Assembly: GCA_016928555.1 (NCBI GenBank)
Contig: JAFGKM010000047.1
Location: 462-64,461, forward strand
Source: Candidatus Omnitrophota bacterium
GTDB lineage: Bacteria > Ratteibacteria > UBA8468 > B48-G9 > JAFGKM01
Direction: 5' to 3'
Length of the DNA stretch: 64,000 bases
A program made the translations under genes and the position numbers. How positions within the stretch are numbered: the stretch's first letter is position 1; the number at the start of each line of letters is the position of its first letter. The notes below the pieces were generated by a model. It saw nothing but the letters and a program-made list of their open reading frames with translations. It was not told the DNA's origin and did not search any database. Below, piece by piece: positions 19,447-28,786 of the stretch.

Positions 19447-19571
19447 GTTTCCCTCCGTTTTGTTTTTGAAAGGTATTATATCATACCATTAAAAAACCTA
19501 TTCCGAAAAACGGGTTTGCCAGTCAATCCGGTTTATACTAAAATTAGCATGCAGATTTAAAGAGAGTTTTC

Positions 19572-20054
19572 ATGAAACATTTAAAGCATCCGCTGAAAAC
19601 CGGATTCAGCTTCGGGCTTACGTCGGGTATCATAACAACGCTTGGATTGATTGTGGGGCTGCATTCGGGGACGCAGTCAAAATCCATAATACTGGGCGGC
19701 ATTCTTACAATCGCTATTGCCGATGCCTTCTCCGACGCTCTGGGAATTCACATATCCGAGGAATCGGAGATAAAGCATTCCCCTGCAGAAATATGGACCG
19801 CGACTATTTCAACGTTTATTTTCAAGTTCGTTTTCTCTGCCTCTTTTCTCATCCCCGTTATTTTTCTTTCTCTTGACCTTGCGGTTGCGGCAAGCATTGC
19901 ATGGGGCACAGCCCTGATATTGTTATTCAGCTATCTGCTGGCGAGACAGCAGAAAGAAAAACCTCTGAAGGTCATAGCGGAACACCTGCTGATAGTTCTG
20001 GCAGTTATTGCAGCGACTCACTACACGGGAGAATGGATAGCCGGCAGGTTTTGA
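19572..20054 (+). CDS. small integral membrane protein, VIT1/CCC1-like
   Basis: GFSFGLTSGIITTLGLIVGL plus three further TM helices. Confidence 0.4.
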   Translation: MKHLKHPLKTGFSFGLTSGIITTLGLIVGLHSGTQSKSIILGGILTIAIADAFSDALGIHISEESEIKHSPAEIWTATISTFIFKFVFSASFLIPVIFLSLDLAVAASIAWGTALILLFSYLLARQQKEKPLKVIAEHLLIVLAVIAATHYTGEWIAGRF

Positions 20055-20061
20055 CGAACGT

Positions 20062-20814
20062 TCATCTCTGGAAATTGGGGAATATGTTTGAAATCCACAC
20101 TATATCTTTAGCCCAGCCCTCTCCGCCAGAGTCTTTATCCATGGCATAACTGCCGAGAATGAAAAATTCCCGGGTAGGCACGGTATTTGCAGAAATGCTG
20201 GCTATAAGAAAATCTCCGGGCGTACTCCTCGCCCAGACAAGAATATTATTCCCGGGAATAAGGTCTATCTCCTTTTCTATTATCTGGGGCCGCGGATTGT
20301 TCTTTAATTCCCACTCATATACCACAATTACGCCGTTTAAGGTGATATCGCAGGCGGTTATGCCGTAGTTCTCAATACGCAGTATGCCTTTCCCGGGGTT
20401 TGTTTCAAAAGAATCCGTGTAAGTGTCAGGCTGGCCGTAGGTTCTGGGAAGAGGAGGAGAGGTAAACAGAGTTGTGGGCGGAATCTGGTAGAAATAAGGA
20501 GAGCCCCACGGGTCAAAAGGAACTTCTCTGGTATAAGGCCCTCCCCACCCTTTTTCTTGCATGAGAGGCGGTTCGGCCGCTGTAAGATGGCTGAGGTAAA
20601 CGGGATAATAGCCCGTATCGTCCTTTATCTCTTCAAGAAGCAGGGACAGCTGTGCAATCTGGGCCTTGGCGCTTACCACCTTTGCCTTATTGGAAATGGT
20701 TCTTATAACCCCTATGCTTATCCCGACTATCACTACAAAAATCGCTATTACAACAAGAATCTCCATAATCACGGAACCGTAACTTTTAATCTTCCCGTCA
20801 CTTTCCATATTCAT
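20062..20814 (-). CDS. type II secretion / type IV pilus pseudopilin-like protein (GspG-like N-terminus) with C-terminal extension
   Basis: Prepilin cleavage motif G|SVIME (E at +5), hydrophobic helix, then AQIAQLSLLLEEIKDDTGYYP (GspG-like). Confidence 0.6.
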   Translation of the reverse strand: MNMESDGKIKSYGSVIMEILVVIAIFVVIVGISIGVIRTISNKAKVVSAKAQIAQLSLLLEEIKDDTGYYPVYLSHLTAAEPPLMQEKGWGGPYTREVPFDPWGSPYFYQIPPTTLFTSPPLPRTYGQPDTYTDSFETNPGKGILRIENYGITACDITLNGVIVVYEWELKNNPRPQIIEKEIDLIPGNNILVWARSTPGDFLIASISANTVPTREFFILGSYAMDKDSGGEGWAKDIVWISNIFPNFQR

Positions 20815-20869
20815 ATTATACCTTGATTATAAAAAAGAGCAATAGATTACATTATTAACAAAGAAAACT

Positions 20870-21448
20870 TTATTTCTTCCGATAGTATTTCAGAATATAA
20901 AGTTTTTTATCCCTGCCGGTGTTCATCCATCTTGACATTGATATGGGCACCACTATTTTTTCCTTGTCGAGGTTTATGACCGTCTTTGCCCTTGTTTGAA
21001 CGCCGAAGATGTTGTTATAGTACCTGAACCCGACCTCTATCTGGGGGAGGTCCACGTCGGGCCTGAAAGGCGTCGTATACATGAATACCGGGGTTTTGAT
21101 AAGAATAAAAACGAATGCGGCGGCCCCGAAAACAACAATGTAAAATTTAGTGTTTTTAAACAGTGCAAATAAGCCGGAACTCCTTTTCTTTCTCTCCCTG
21201 TAAGGATAATCCGGCTTATAGCGCTTCTGGGTCTTTTCTCTCTTCTCCTCCGGATTTTCAACAGAAGGAAGTTTCTTATATCCGATTCTGTCCTCTTCTT
21301 CATCTGAAAAGGAATCCCCTTTTATCTTTATATCAGGAGCGCTTTTTGAAAAAGCTTTCAGTTCTCTTTCCAGCCGTTTTATATTATCGTCAATATTTCC
21401 TTCTCCGCCAATCTTGAATTTTCCCTGTTTTCTTGACATCCTTCCCAT
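20870..21448 (-). CDS. hypothetical membrane protein with K/E-rich N-terminus
   Basis: 192 aa, one TM (FYIVVFGAAAFVFILI). Confidence 0.4.
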   Translation of the reverse strand: MGRMSRKQGKFKIGGEGNIDDNIKRLERELKAFSKSAPDIKIKGDSFSDEEEDRIGYKKLPSVENPEEKREKTQKRYKPDYPYRERKKRSSGLFALFKNTKFYIVVFGAAAFVFILIKTPVFMYTTPFRPDVDLPQIEVGFRYYNNIFGVQTRAKTVINLDKEKIVVPISMSRWMNTGRDKKLYILKYYRKK

Positions 21449-21486
21449 GTGTTTTCTCCCAAAAATTTCACTTTATATTTTACCCC

Positions 21487-22833
21487 TTAATTACGGTTTT
21501 GTTCAATATATGTTTCAGCATTGAATCTTGCCCTGATGCTTTTGCCGCCCATATATCTGACCGAGCCGAACACAGGCCTTTTGAACCACGGCCTATCATG
21601 AAGCCCCCCCACCGACCAGGCTATGCCGGCGTAACCGCTTGGGTCCCTGCCGTCAAGTTCATATCTGTCATTAAGGCGGACGGCAAAGGAAAAAGCCTCT
21701 TCCGGCGTCCTGCTCCACTCCAGAATCTTCTTTGCCCAGTACATCCTCATGTATCCGTGCATCTTTCCCCTGTTCACCATCTCTCTCTGCGCCGCATTCC
21801 ACAAATCGTCGTGGGTTTCGGCATTCTCAAATTGTTTTTCGGAATATATGTATTCCCTGATATCTTTCCTGCGGCTGTCCAGCGTTTTTCTCGCCCATCC
21901 GGGAATTCCCTCGAAAGAATCGCAACGTCCGTTATAAAAACAGAAGTTTTCGGCAAGCTCTCTTCGCACGATAAGTTCCTCAATGAAAGATTCGGTTGAT
22001 TCCACATCCTTCCCCGCCCGCTGAACCTCAAGGGCTATTCTTTGCGCCGAAATCTGCCCGAAATGAATGTAAGGGGAGAGATTTGACTGCCCGTCTTTCG
22101 CGGGATTGTTCCTGTCGGCGCCGTAGCCGTTAAGTTTTTTATTGATGAAATTCTTAAGAACTTTTACGGCTTCTTCCTCCCCGGGTTTCAGCCATGTTAT
22201 CCTCCCTGCGGATTTATCAGACTTAAGCGTTTTATACAGCATTTTAAAATCATTCCTTTCGGTTTTTACAGGCCACGGGAAGGGATGCCGCTTTACGGCA
22301 GGCACAGGGGTTAAAAACACGGGCAGAAGCCGGTGTATCTTAGGCCTGAGCGTCCGGGCGGAAAACTCCTGTTTTCCCGAAGCCAGGCGGCACGGGACTA
22401 TATTATGGCTGTCTATTTCTATAAAGGCAGTTCTTGTTCTGCCGGAAACTTTGTCCTTCCACTCCCTGTGTATCTTAAGCGGAGAAAAGTCGGTGACAAG
22501 AGCTCCCGCCTTGTGTTTTTTTATGAATTTCACTATTTCATCGGGTGGATTACCCGGGAGAATGAAGAACGGTATGCGGAGTTTTTCAAGGCGGCTTTCA
22601 ATTAAAGCAAGGCCTTCCAGCATAAATGAATACTGCCTTTCCGCCGCTCCGAGAAAGGAAGGGGCAAGAGTGAAAACAACGGCCAGCGGCTGTTTCATTC
22701 TTATTGCCGCATCCTGGGCATAAAGCAAAGCCCAGTTATCCCCTGCCCTCTGGTCCCTGCTCATCCAGTATATAACAGGACAGGGCTTTGCTGATATGCC
22801 GTTGAGGCTTGCGGCCCTTCTTTCATCTGCCAT
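21487..22833 (-). CDS. phr: deoxyribodipyrimidine photo-lyase (class II-like cryptochrome/photolyase family)
   Basis: N-terminal photolyase alpha/beta domain (YWMSRDQRAGDNWAL). C-terminal FAD-binding GIAWSVGGLHDRPWFKRPVFGSVRYM. Track start 22842 is GTG; ATG at 22833 used. Confidence 0.75.
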   Translation of the reverse strand: MADERRAASLNGISAKPCPVIYWMSRDQRAGDNWALLYAQDAAIRMKQPLAVVFTLAPSFLGAAERQYSFMLEGLALIESRLEKLRIPFFILPGNPPDEIVKFIKKHKAGALVTDFSPLKIHREWKDKVSGRTRTAFIEIDSHNIVPCRLASGKQEFSARTLRPKIHRLLPVFLTPVPAVKRHPFPWPVKTERNDFKMLYKTLKSDKSAGRITWLKPGEEEAVKVLKNFINKKLNGYGADRNNPAKDGQSNLSPYIHFGQISAQRIALEVQRAGKDVESTESFIEELIVRRELAENFCFYNGRCDSFEGIPGWARKTLDSRRKDIREYIYSEKQFENAETHDDLWNAAQREMVNRGKMHGYMRMYWAKKILEWSRTPEEAFSFAVRLNDRYELDGRDPSGYAGIAWSVGGLHDRPWFKRPVFGSVRYMGGKSIRARFNAETYIEQNRN

Positions 22834-22869
22834 AAAACGCACCCTCTTCCCGTTAAAACCTGCGTTTAA

Positions 22870-23139
22870 TTATAAAAACTTTTTAATTACAAGATACAGT
22901 ATGAATAAAACCGCAAGGAAGATGATGAGTTTTACAAAGGCTTTCACTCCGGAAGGCTTGGTCCGTTTTGCTTCAATCTCTTCGGCGCGCTGTGCAAAAA
23001 CGGAAAATGAATCAAGGCACTTCTGACTGCAAAAAATGCCACCTGCCCCCACAATGCGGCATTCGCCGCAAAGCGGCCTTCCGCACTGCTTGCACCGTGC
23101 TACGGCAGGCCTTCCCGTATGATAGAAACAGTCCGCCAT
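22870..23139 (-). CDS. zinc-ribbon (4-Cys) protein with C-terminal TM anchor
   Basis: MADCFYHTGRPAVARCKQCGRPLCGECR...FCSQKC then hydrophobic C-terminus. RBS AAGGAGG. A repeat-family copy lies in its 5' region. Confidence 0.45.
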   Translation of the reverse strand: MADCFYHTGRPAVARCKQCGRPLCGECRIVGAGGIFCSQKCLDSFSVFAQRAEEIEAKRTKPSGVKAFVKLIIFLAVLFILYLVIKKFL

Positions 23140-23245
23140 TTCACCCACCTCCTTTATCCCGAACCGACGTTTTTTGTTGTTGCGAGCCCCGTTTCTTTGG
23201 GACGCGGCAACCTCAACCTTTCGCCCTCTTTTGAGGGGTCTGGAT
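23140..23245. repeat. repeat family copy B (partial; upstream of zinc-ribbon gene 22870..23139)
   Basis: CCTCCTTTATCCCGAACCGACGTTTTTTGTTGTTGCGAGC...CGGCAACCTCAACCTTTCGCCCTCTTTTGAGGGG. Left arm plus internal hairpin CCTCAA...TTGAGG, which is a compensatory variant of ATCTCAA...TTGAGAT in copy D. Confidence 0.5.
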
Positions 23246-23420
23246 TTATCGCTTTTCACTTGATTAGCTTTCCAAGTGAGAAATTTATGATTTTGTTTCT
23301 ATTATATTTAAAAATAATAGCAGGTTTTACGGTTTTTTTCAAATAACCCTGCCGCAGTGAATTTGACAAGCTCGGAAGTTTCGTAATAACATTTTAAAAA
23401 ATTAAGGCGAGGAGGTAAAT

Positions 23421-24455
23421 ATGGCTGGCACATATCGTTTTTCTTTCGGTCCATGGAACATTCACGAAGGGGCGGACCCGTTCGGTCCGGCAGTGCGCAA
23501 CTCAATCGCTTTCGGGAAAAAGCTAAGCATGTACAGAAATCTCGGCTTCGGCGCGGTCCAGTTTCACGACGACGACGCTGTCCCGGACATGAATAATCTT
23601 AAACCCGAACAGATAATCAAAAAAGCGCGGGCAGTCGCAAAACTTTTGAAAAACGAAGGGCTGAAAGCCGAATTCGTCGCTCCGAGAATGTGGGAGGACC
23701 CGAGAACAATAGACGGGGGATACACATCCAATAATGCGGCCAACCGCAGGTATGCGCTGGAAAGAAGCCTGAGGACCATAGACATTGCAAACGAACTCGG
23801 GACAAAGCTCATAGTCCTCTGGCTTGCAAGGGAAGGCACGTATATACGCGAATCCAAGGACAGCAAGCTGGCAGTGGAAAGAACCGCGGAAGCCGTAAAC
23901 AAAATGCTGGAATACGACGGCAAAATACGGATTGCCGTAGAACCCAAGCCCAACGAGCCGATGGACCATACATACATCCCGACAACGGGGCATGCTGTTG
24001 CGCTCTCGCTTCTGACCTGCGACCCGGACCGGGTGGGCGTAAACATTGAAAGCGCGCATGCAATCCTTGCCGGCCTTGACCCGTCAGACGAAATGGGCTT
24101 TGCCCTCGCTTTCGGCAAACTCTGGACAGTACATCTCAACGACCAGAACGGCCTTAAGTTTGACCAGGATAAAACGTTCGGTTCCGTTGACCTGCGCCGC
24201 GCATTCAACCAGGTCAGGATCCTGGATAAATACGACTACGGGGAGAACGGCGAGTGGGTGGGCCTTGACGTAAAGGCGATGCGTACACAGAAGGCTCCGG
24301 CGGTCAAACACCTGACAAACAGCAGGGAGATATTCCTGCGTCTTTTGAAGGTGAGCAGAAGCCTGGACGATTCAAAGATGGACAAGATGATTAAGGAACG
24401 CGACTACGAAGAGCTTGACCGTTACATAATAGAAAGCCTGATGGGGGGAAAATGA
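23421..24455 (+). CDS. xylose isomerase-like protein (class I XylA-type TIM barrel sugar isomerase)
   Basis: N-terminal FSFGPWNIHEGADPFGPAVR matches the class I xylose isomerase FTFGLWTVGW..DPFG signature. RBS GGCGAGGAGG. Confidence 0.65.
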   Translation: MAGTYRFSFGPWNIHEGADPFGPAVRNSIAFGKKLSMYRNLGFGAVQFHDDDAVPDMNNLKPEQIIKKARAVAKLLKNEGLKAEFVAPRMWEDPRTIDGGYTSNNAANRRYALERSLRTIDIANELGTKLIVLWLAREGTYIRESKDSKLAVERTAEAVNKMLEYDGKIRIAVEPKPNEPMDHTYIPTTGHAVALSLLTCDPDRVGVNIESAHAILAGLDPSDEMGFALAFGKLWTVHLNDQNGLKFDQDKTFGSVDLRRAFNQVRILDKYDYGENGEWVGLDVKAMRTQKAPAVKHLTNSREIFLRLLKVSRSLDDSKMDKMIKERDYEELDRYIIESLMGGK

Positions 24456-25612
24456 AAAAATTCAGAGTTGCGGTTATCGGCACGGGTTTTATCGGGAATA
24501 TACACTGCGAACAGCTGATGAGGATTTCCAACGTTATGCTTGCAGGCATAGCGGACAAGAATCCTGCGCTTGCTTCCGAAGCGGCGGCTCGGTTCGGAGC
24601 GGAGAAGATATATAAGAACGCCGACGAGGTCTTGTCCGACGGGACGATTGACGTTATACACAACTGCACGCCGAACAACCTGCACTATGAAATTAACAAG
24701 CGGGCGCTGGAATCCGGAAAACAGGTCTTTTCTGAAAAGCCGCTTGCACTCACGGCAAAAGAGTCTTCTGAACTGGTGAAACTGGCAGAAAAAGAAAACG
24801 CCGTAACGGGGATAAACTTCTGCTACCGCTACTATCCGGTAGTGCAGGAAGCGGCAGTCCGAGTGGCAGGCGGAGAAATAGGCGCAGTTTATAATATTCA
24901 CGGCAACTATCTGCAGGACTGGCTGTTATATCCAACCGATTATTCATGGCGGCTTGACCCTTCAATGGCAGGCGCTTCAAATATAGTCGGAGACCTCGGA
25001 AGCCACTGGTGTGACCTTGCACAATTCGTTTCCGGGCTGAAAATCATTGAGGTAATGGCTGAATTGAAAACAATTTTGCCGGTAAGGAAGCGTCCGAAAA
25101 CCAAGGAAACGCTGACCTTTTCCAATGCCTCCGATATAGACTACGAGGACGTTAAAATCTCCCTTGACGAATACGGTGCACTGCTTCTGCGTTTTGACAA
25201 CGGCGCCTGCGGAACCTTCACCACCTCACAACTGGCGGCCGGACGCAAGTGCAACATAGACCTGCAGGTCTACGGCTCCAAGGGCTCTGTCGCATGGAAC
25301 CACGAGCGTTCCGCAGAACTCTGGTTCGGACACCGCAATGAACCTAACCGGATTTTCTTTGAATCCCCGAACATTCAGTCTCCGGAAACCAGACGCTTCG
25401 CCCGCCTTCCCTCCGGACATCCAATGGGATACATGGATGCGATTATGAACCTTTTCAATGATTTTTACCGGGCGATTGAACTGAAAAGAGCGAACAAAAC
25501 ACCTGATTTCCGGCATCCCGACTTTAAGGCCGGACACGAAGAGATGCTTATACTGGAAGCGGCAATCCGCTCCCGGAAAAGCGGCACATGGGCAAAGGTG
25601 GATACTGTCTGA
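24452..25612 (+). CDS. Gfo/Idh/MocA family NAD(P)-dependent oxidoreductase
   Basis: N-terminal Rossmann VAVIGTGFIGNIHCEQL. Overlaps upstream stop (ATGA). Confidence 0.8.
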   Translation: MKKFRVAVIGTGFIGNIHCEQLMRISNVMLAGIADKNPALASEAAARFGAEKIYKNADEVLSDGTIDVIHNCTPNNLHYEINKRALESGKQVFSEKPLALTAKESSELVKLAEKENAVTGINFCYRYYPVVQEAAVRVAGGEIGAVYNIHGNYLQDWLLYPTDYSWRLDPSMAGASNIVGDLGSHWCDLAQFVSGLKIIEVMAELKTILPVRKRPKTKETLTFSNASDIDYEDVKISLDEYGALLLRFDNGACGTFTTSQLAAGRKCNIDLQVYGSKGSVAWNHERSAELWFGHRNEPNRIFFESPNIQSPETRRFARLPSGHPMGYMDAIMNLFNDFYRAIELKRANKTPDFRHPDFKAGHEEMLILEAAIRSRKSGTWAKVDTV

Positions 25613-25704
25613 GAACAGGCGAGAAAAAACGAAATAAAATTTTCCGACAAAATTGACCTGAACGTACAACGTTTATTCTTGAGATAAAACTGTCATATTA
25701 TATT

Positions 25705-26790
25705 ATGAACAAGATATTCCTCCCGGTAACATTTGTTTTCCACCCAGAATGGTGGCATAAAAATTACGGGATAACTTTTGGAAGAGATTTTTTTTATAAT
25801 CCGGATTTGCGGGTGGAATCTGACTTTAAAATGCGCAATATATTGTATGAGCGCTTCGGCAGATTCGGCACGGATGAAAAACCGGTCAAACCAAGGCCCT
25901 GCATAGGAGCCACCTATCTGGCCGCTGGATATATAATCTCGGAAATGTTCGGTTGTAAAATTGAATATTATAAAGATGCGTCTCCGAGCGTCTTGCCTGA
26001 AATGTTATCTGACGAAAAAGCGGATAAAATAGAACCTGTTAACTTAAAAACAAATGCTGTTTTTAATCAGGTATCAGAACTCATGGATAAACTTAAGGAA
26101 AAATTCGGCTATGTTACCGGAGACATCAACTGGCAGGGAATTCTTAATGTAGCCTTAGATATCAGGGGGCAGGAAATTTTTGTCGACATGGCGGAAAAGC
26201 CCCAGAGAGCGAGGAGGATTTTTTCGTCTATAACTGAGACAATCATAGAATTTGTCAATTATATCCGCGGGGAAACAGGGACATCATCAATCTCGGTAAA
26301 TCGCGCAGTGGAATATGTCAATCCTGAAATTAATCTGCATTCCAATTGTTCAGTAGTGATGGTCTCACCAAAAACGTACAAAGATATTCTTTTAGAATAT
26401 GATATCAAACTATCCCGTGCGCTACAGCCATACGGAATTCATCATGACGGAAATAATCTGCATCTCCATGCGGATGGGTATGCTGAAGTTCCCAATGTTT
26501 GTTTTTTTGACGTAGGATGGGGCTCTGACATCTCCCTCTGCCGCAAAAAACTCTCAGGCGCCTTTTTAAATCTTCGCTATGACCCGGTAAAAATGCGCGC
26601 GGCTTCGTCAGAAGAATTGGAAGAAGATATCCTGAGAATGCTTAAAGAATCCGGCGACCCTGATAAGACCGGATTCTGCTGTATCAATATGGGCTGGGAT
26701 GTGCCTGATAAAAATATTGAAACTGTTTATTCAACCGTGGATAAATACCGGAAAAAGTTTTTATCCAAACCTGTCTTAAAAAACGGATAG
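25705..26790 (+). CDS. hypothetical protein, possibly uroporphyrinogen decarboxylase (UroD)-like fold
   Basis: 361 aa. Weak UroD-like segments (DVGWGSD...). Adjacent to a clear UroD-family paralog. Confidence 0.4.
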   Translation: MNKIFLPVTFVFHPEWWHKNYGITFGRDFFYNPDLRVESDFKMRNILYERFGRFGTDEKPVKPRPCIGATYLAAGYIISEMFGCKIEYYKDASPSVLPEMLSDEKADKIEPVNLKTNAVFNQVSELMDKLKEKFGYVTGDINWQGILNVALDIRGQEIFVDMAEKPQRARRIFSSITETIIEFVNYIRGETGTSSISVNRAVEYVNPEINLHSNCSVVMVSPKTYKDILLEYDIKLSRALQPYGIHHDGNNLHLHADGYAEVPNVCFFDVGWGSDISLCRKKLSGAFLNLRYDPVKMRAASSEELEEDILRMLKESGDPDKTGFCCINMGWDVPDKNIETVYSTVDKYRKKFLSKPVLKNG

Positions 26791-26905
26791 TGATACAAGG
26801 CACATTGAAGCGTATCCTTCGATTAAAGTGAGATAATAATTCACAAACATGCATATTGCTGAAGATAAGGCAATGTCAACTTTTAAATTTATTTAGAGGA
26901 GAGAA

Positions 26906-28147
26906 ATGAATTCAAAAGAGAGAGTTATACAAACGTTAGCTCATATAGAGCCGGACAGGGTTCCCTTCGGAGAATGGGGAATAGACCATGATATAGTTGA
27001 AAAGGTAATCGGGAGAGATACTTATTGGAGAAATAAAAAGAAAGTTATTTTAGCTTTATGGTCAGGCAAAAGGGATGAAGTAGTTGAGAGTTATAAAAAG
27101 GATTTGGTAGAATTAACGAAAAAACTTGATTACGATTTGGTACCGGTACATTTAGTGCCGCCCGCAGGACTTCCACCCCAAAAGATAGAACAGACAGATG
27201 AAAATACATGGAGAGATGGAAGGGGACAAACATGGAAATACTCACAAGGAAACGATGCTATACTGCTTGTAGACAGTCCGGTCAAGTCATTTAAATCTCG
27301 CGATGAATTAAGAGAATATTTTGAGTCAGAATTGGTAAAACGCTTTGGGTTCAAAATAAAAAACCGCACGGGAAACGGTTATGATATGAAATTAGATGAT
27401 GAATCCCGGCTGGATTTGGTGAGGCATGCAGTCAATCAATTAGGCAATGAAAAATTTATAATCGGACGCGGATTTGAGGAAGGCGTCGGGAATATTGATC
27501 CCCTCTACCTTTCCGAATTTGAAGTCGCCATGGTTTTTTTCGGCGGAAATTTGGAAAATTTTCTGCTTAACATTGCTATGAAACCGGAATTAGTCCAGGA
27601 GGCTTTTAATCTCTATACCGAGATTAATATTGCTGCAGCTAAAGCAATGATAGATGCAGGGGTTGATGCCGTCATGCCTGGAGGGGATTTTTCCGATTCT
27701 AACGGCCCTATGGTTTCCCCTGAAAGTATCAGAAGAATCTTTCTGCCGGGAATGAAGAAATTAAGCACATATTGCCATCAAAGAGGAGTAAGGGTAATGA
27801 GCCATAACTGCGGCAATAACTGGAAAATAATGGATATACTGATTGAAGCCGGTTATGAATCATGGCAATCTATTGCTTGCAAAACAGCAAGTATGGATCT
27901 CAAGAGATTAAAGGAGGAATATGGAGAAAAAATTTCCTTCTGGGGAGGAATAAATATTGAAACTCTTGTCGACGGAACTCCTGAAGAGAATGAGAATGAT
28001 GTGCTTTACGCCTTAAAATATGCCGCTCCCGGAGGAGGTTTTATCATGGGAACGAGCAACAGTGTTTGTTTCGGAAGCAAATACGAAAACTATATGTCTG
28101 CTTTGGAAACTCTTCATAAATACGGAGATTATCCAATTCAATTATAA
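26906..28147 (+). CDS. uroporphyrinogen decarboxylase (UroD) family protein, MtaA/MtbA-like methyltransferase type
   Basis: N-terminal ERVIQTLAHIEPDRVPFG. C-terminal MPGGDFSDSNGPMVSPE...FIMGTSNSV typical of UroD-like methylcobamide:CoM methyltransferase family. Confidence 0.6.
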   Translation: MNSKERVIQTLAHIEPDRVPFGEWGIDHDIVEKVIGRDTYWRNKKKVILALWSGKRDEVVESYKKDLVELTKKLDYDLVPVHLVPPAGLPPQKIEQTDENTWRDGRGQTWKYSQGNDAILLVDSPVKSFKSRDELREYFESELVKRFGFKIKNRTGNGYDMKLDDESRLDLVRHAVNQLGNEKFIIGRGFEEGVGNIDPLYLSEFEVAMVFFGGNLENFLLNIAMKPELVQEAFNLYTEINIAAAKAMIDAGVDAVMPGGDFSDSNGPMVSPESIRRIFLPGMKKLSTYCHQRGVRVMSHNCGNNWKIMDILIEAGYESWQSIACKTASMDLKRLKEEYGEKISFWGGINIETLVDGTPEENENDVLYALKYAAPGGGFIMGTSNSVCFGSKYENYMSALETLHKYGDYPIQL

Positions 28148-28349
28148 CTTAAAGAGGAAGATTAAAAAGATATTCCACTTCTGATATTGCTTTGCGTCAG
28201 AATTATAAATTCACCCGCAAATATGTCAATAATAAGAATAAGCAAGACGGCGTTTCATTTGCAAAAATCAAGCGTGATTGTAAAAATGACAAAACAAATT
28301 TCTAAGGAAGCTGTCCCTGGGATAAATTCATTGTTGGAATAACCGAGAT

Positions 28350-28712
28350 TTGGAGGCAAATAAAATGGCCAAGGCAGGACTGCGTACTGACCAAGACCTT
28401 CTGGTTAAGTATTTCGGGACAACCTATGACAATGTTTCAAAAATATTCCTGGCGGGAGCATTTGGTAACTTCATAGATGTTTCCAACGCTATGAAAATAG
28501 GCTTATATCCATCCATAAACAAAGATAAATTTATAAGGTTTGGGAATGGCGCGCTTGCAGGAGCAAGAGATATGCTTCTTTCAAGGAAAAGAAGAGCTGA
28601 TGCCGAGAAAATAGCAACTACCATACAGCACACAAAACCGAATGAAATGGAAGGCTCAGAATTCCAGTATATTGTAGCAGACAACATGTACTTTAGCAAA
28701 AGGGAAGAATGA
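28350..28712 (+). pseudogene. C-terminal fragment of an ASKHA-fold RACo-like (DUF4445) corrinoid-activation ATPase; gene remnant
   Basis: LAGAFGNFIDVSNAMKIGLYP matches the conserved C-terminal motif of DUF4445/RACo proteins, which are about 600 aa. Only 120 aa present, with no upstream body. Confidence 0.4.
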
Positions 28713-28786
28713 AACACACATTAAGCCGGGCTTTACGGCAAAAGCGAACCTGTTTCTTCCCGTTCTAACCTCAAAAAATATATAAG

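Noticed and set aside
23523-24311. Stack of minus-strand ORFs (178, 214, 84, 75 aa) inside the xylose-isomerase-like gene
   Set aside because: They are antisense to a well-supported coding frame with RBS. Their amino-acid composition is low-complexity and R/S/P-rich, typical of antisense GC-rich frames.
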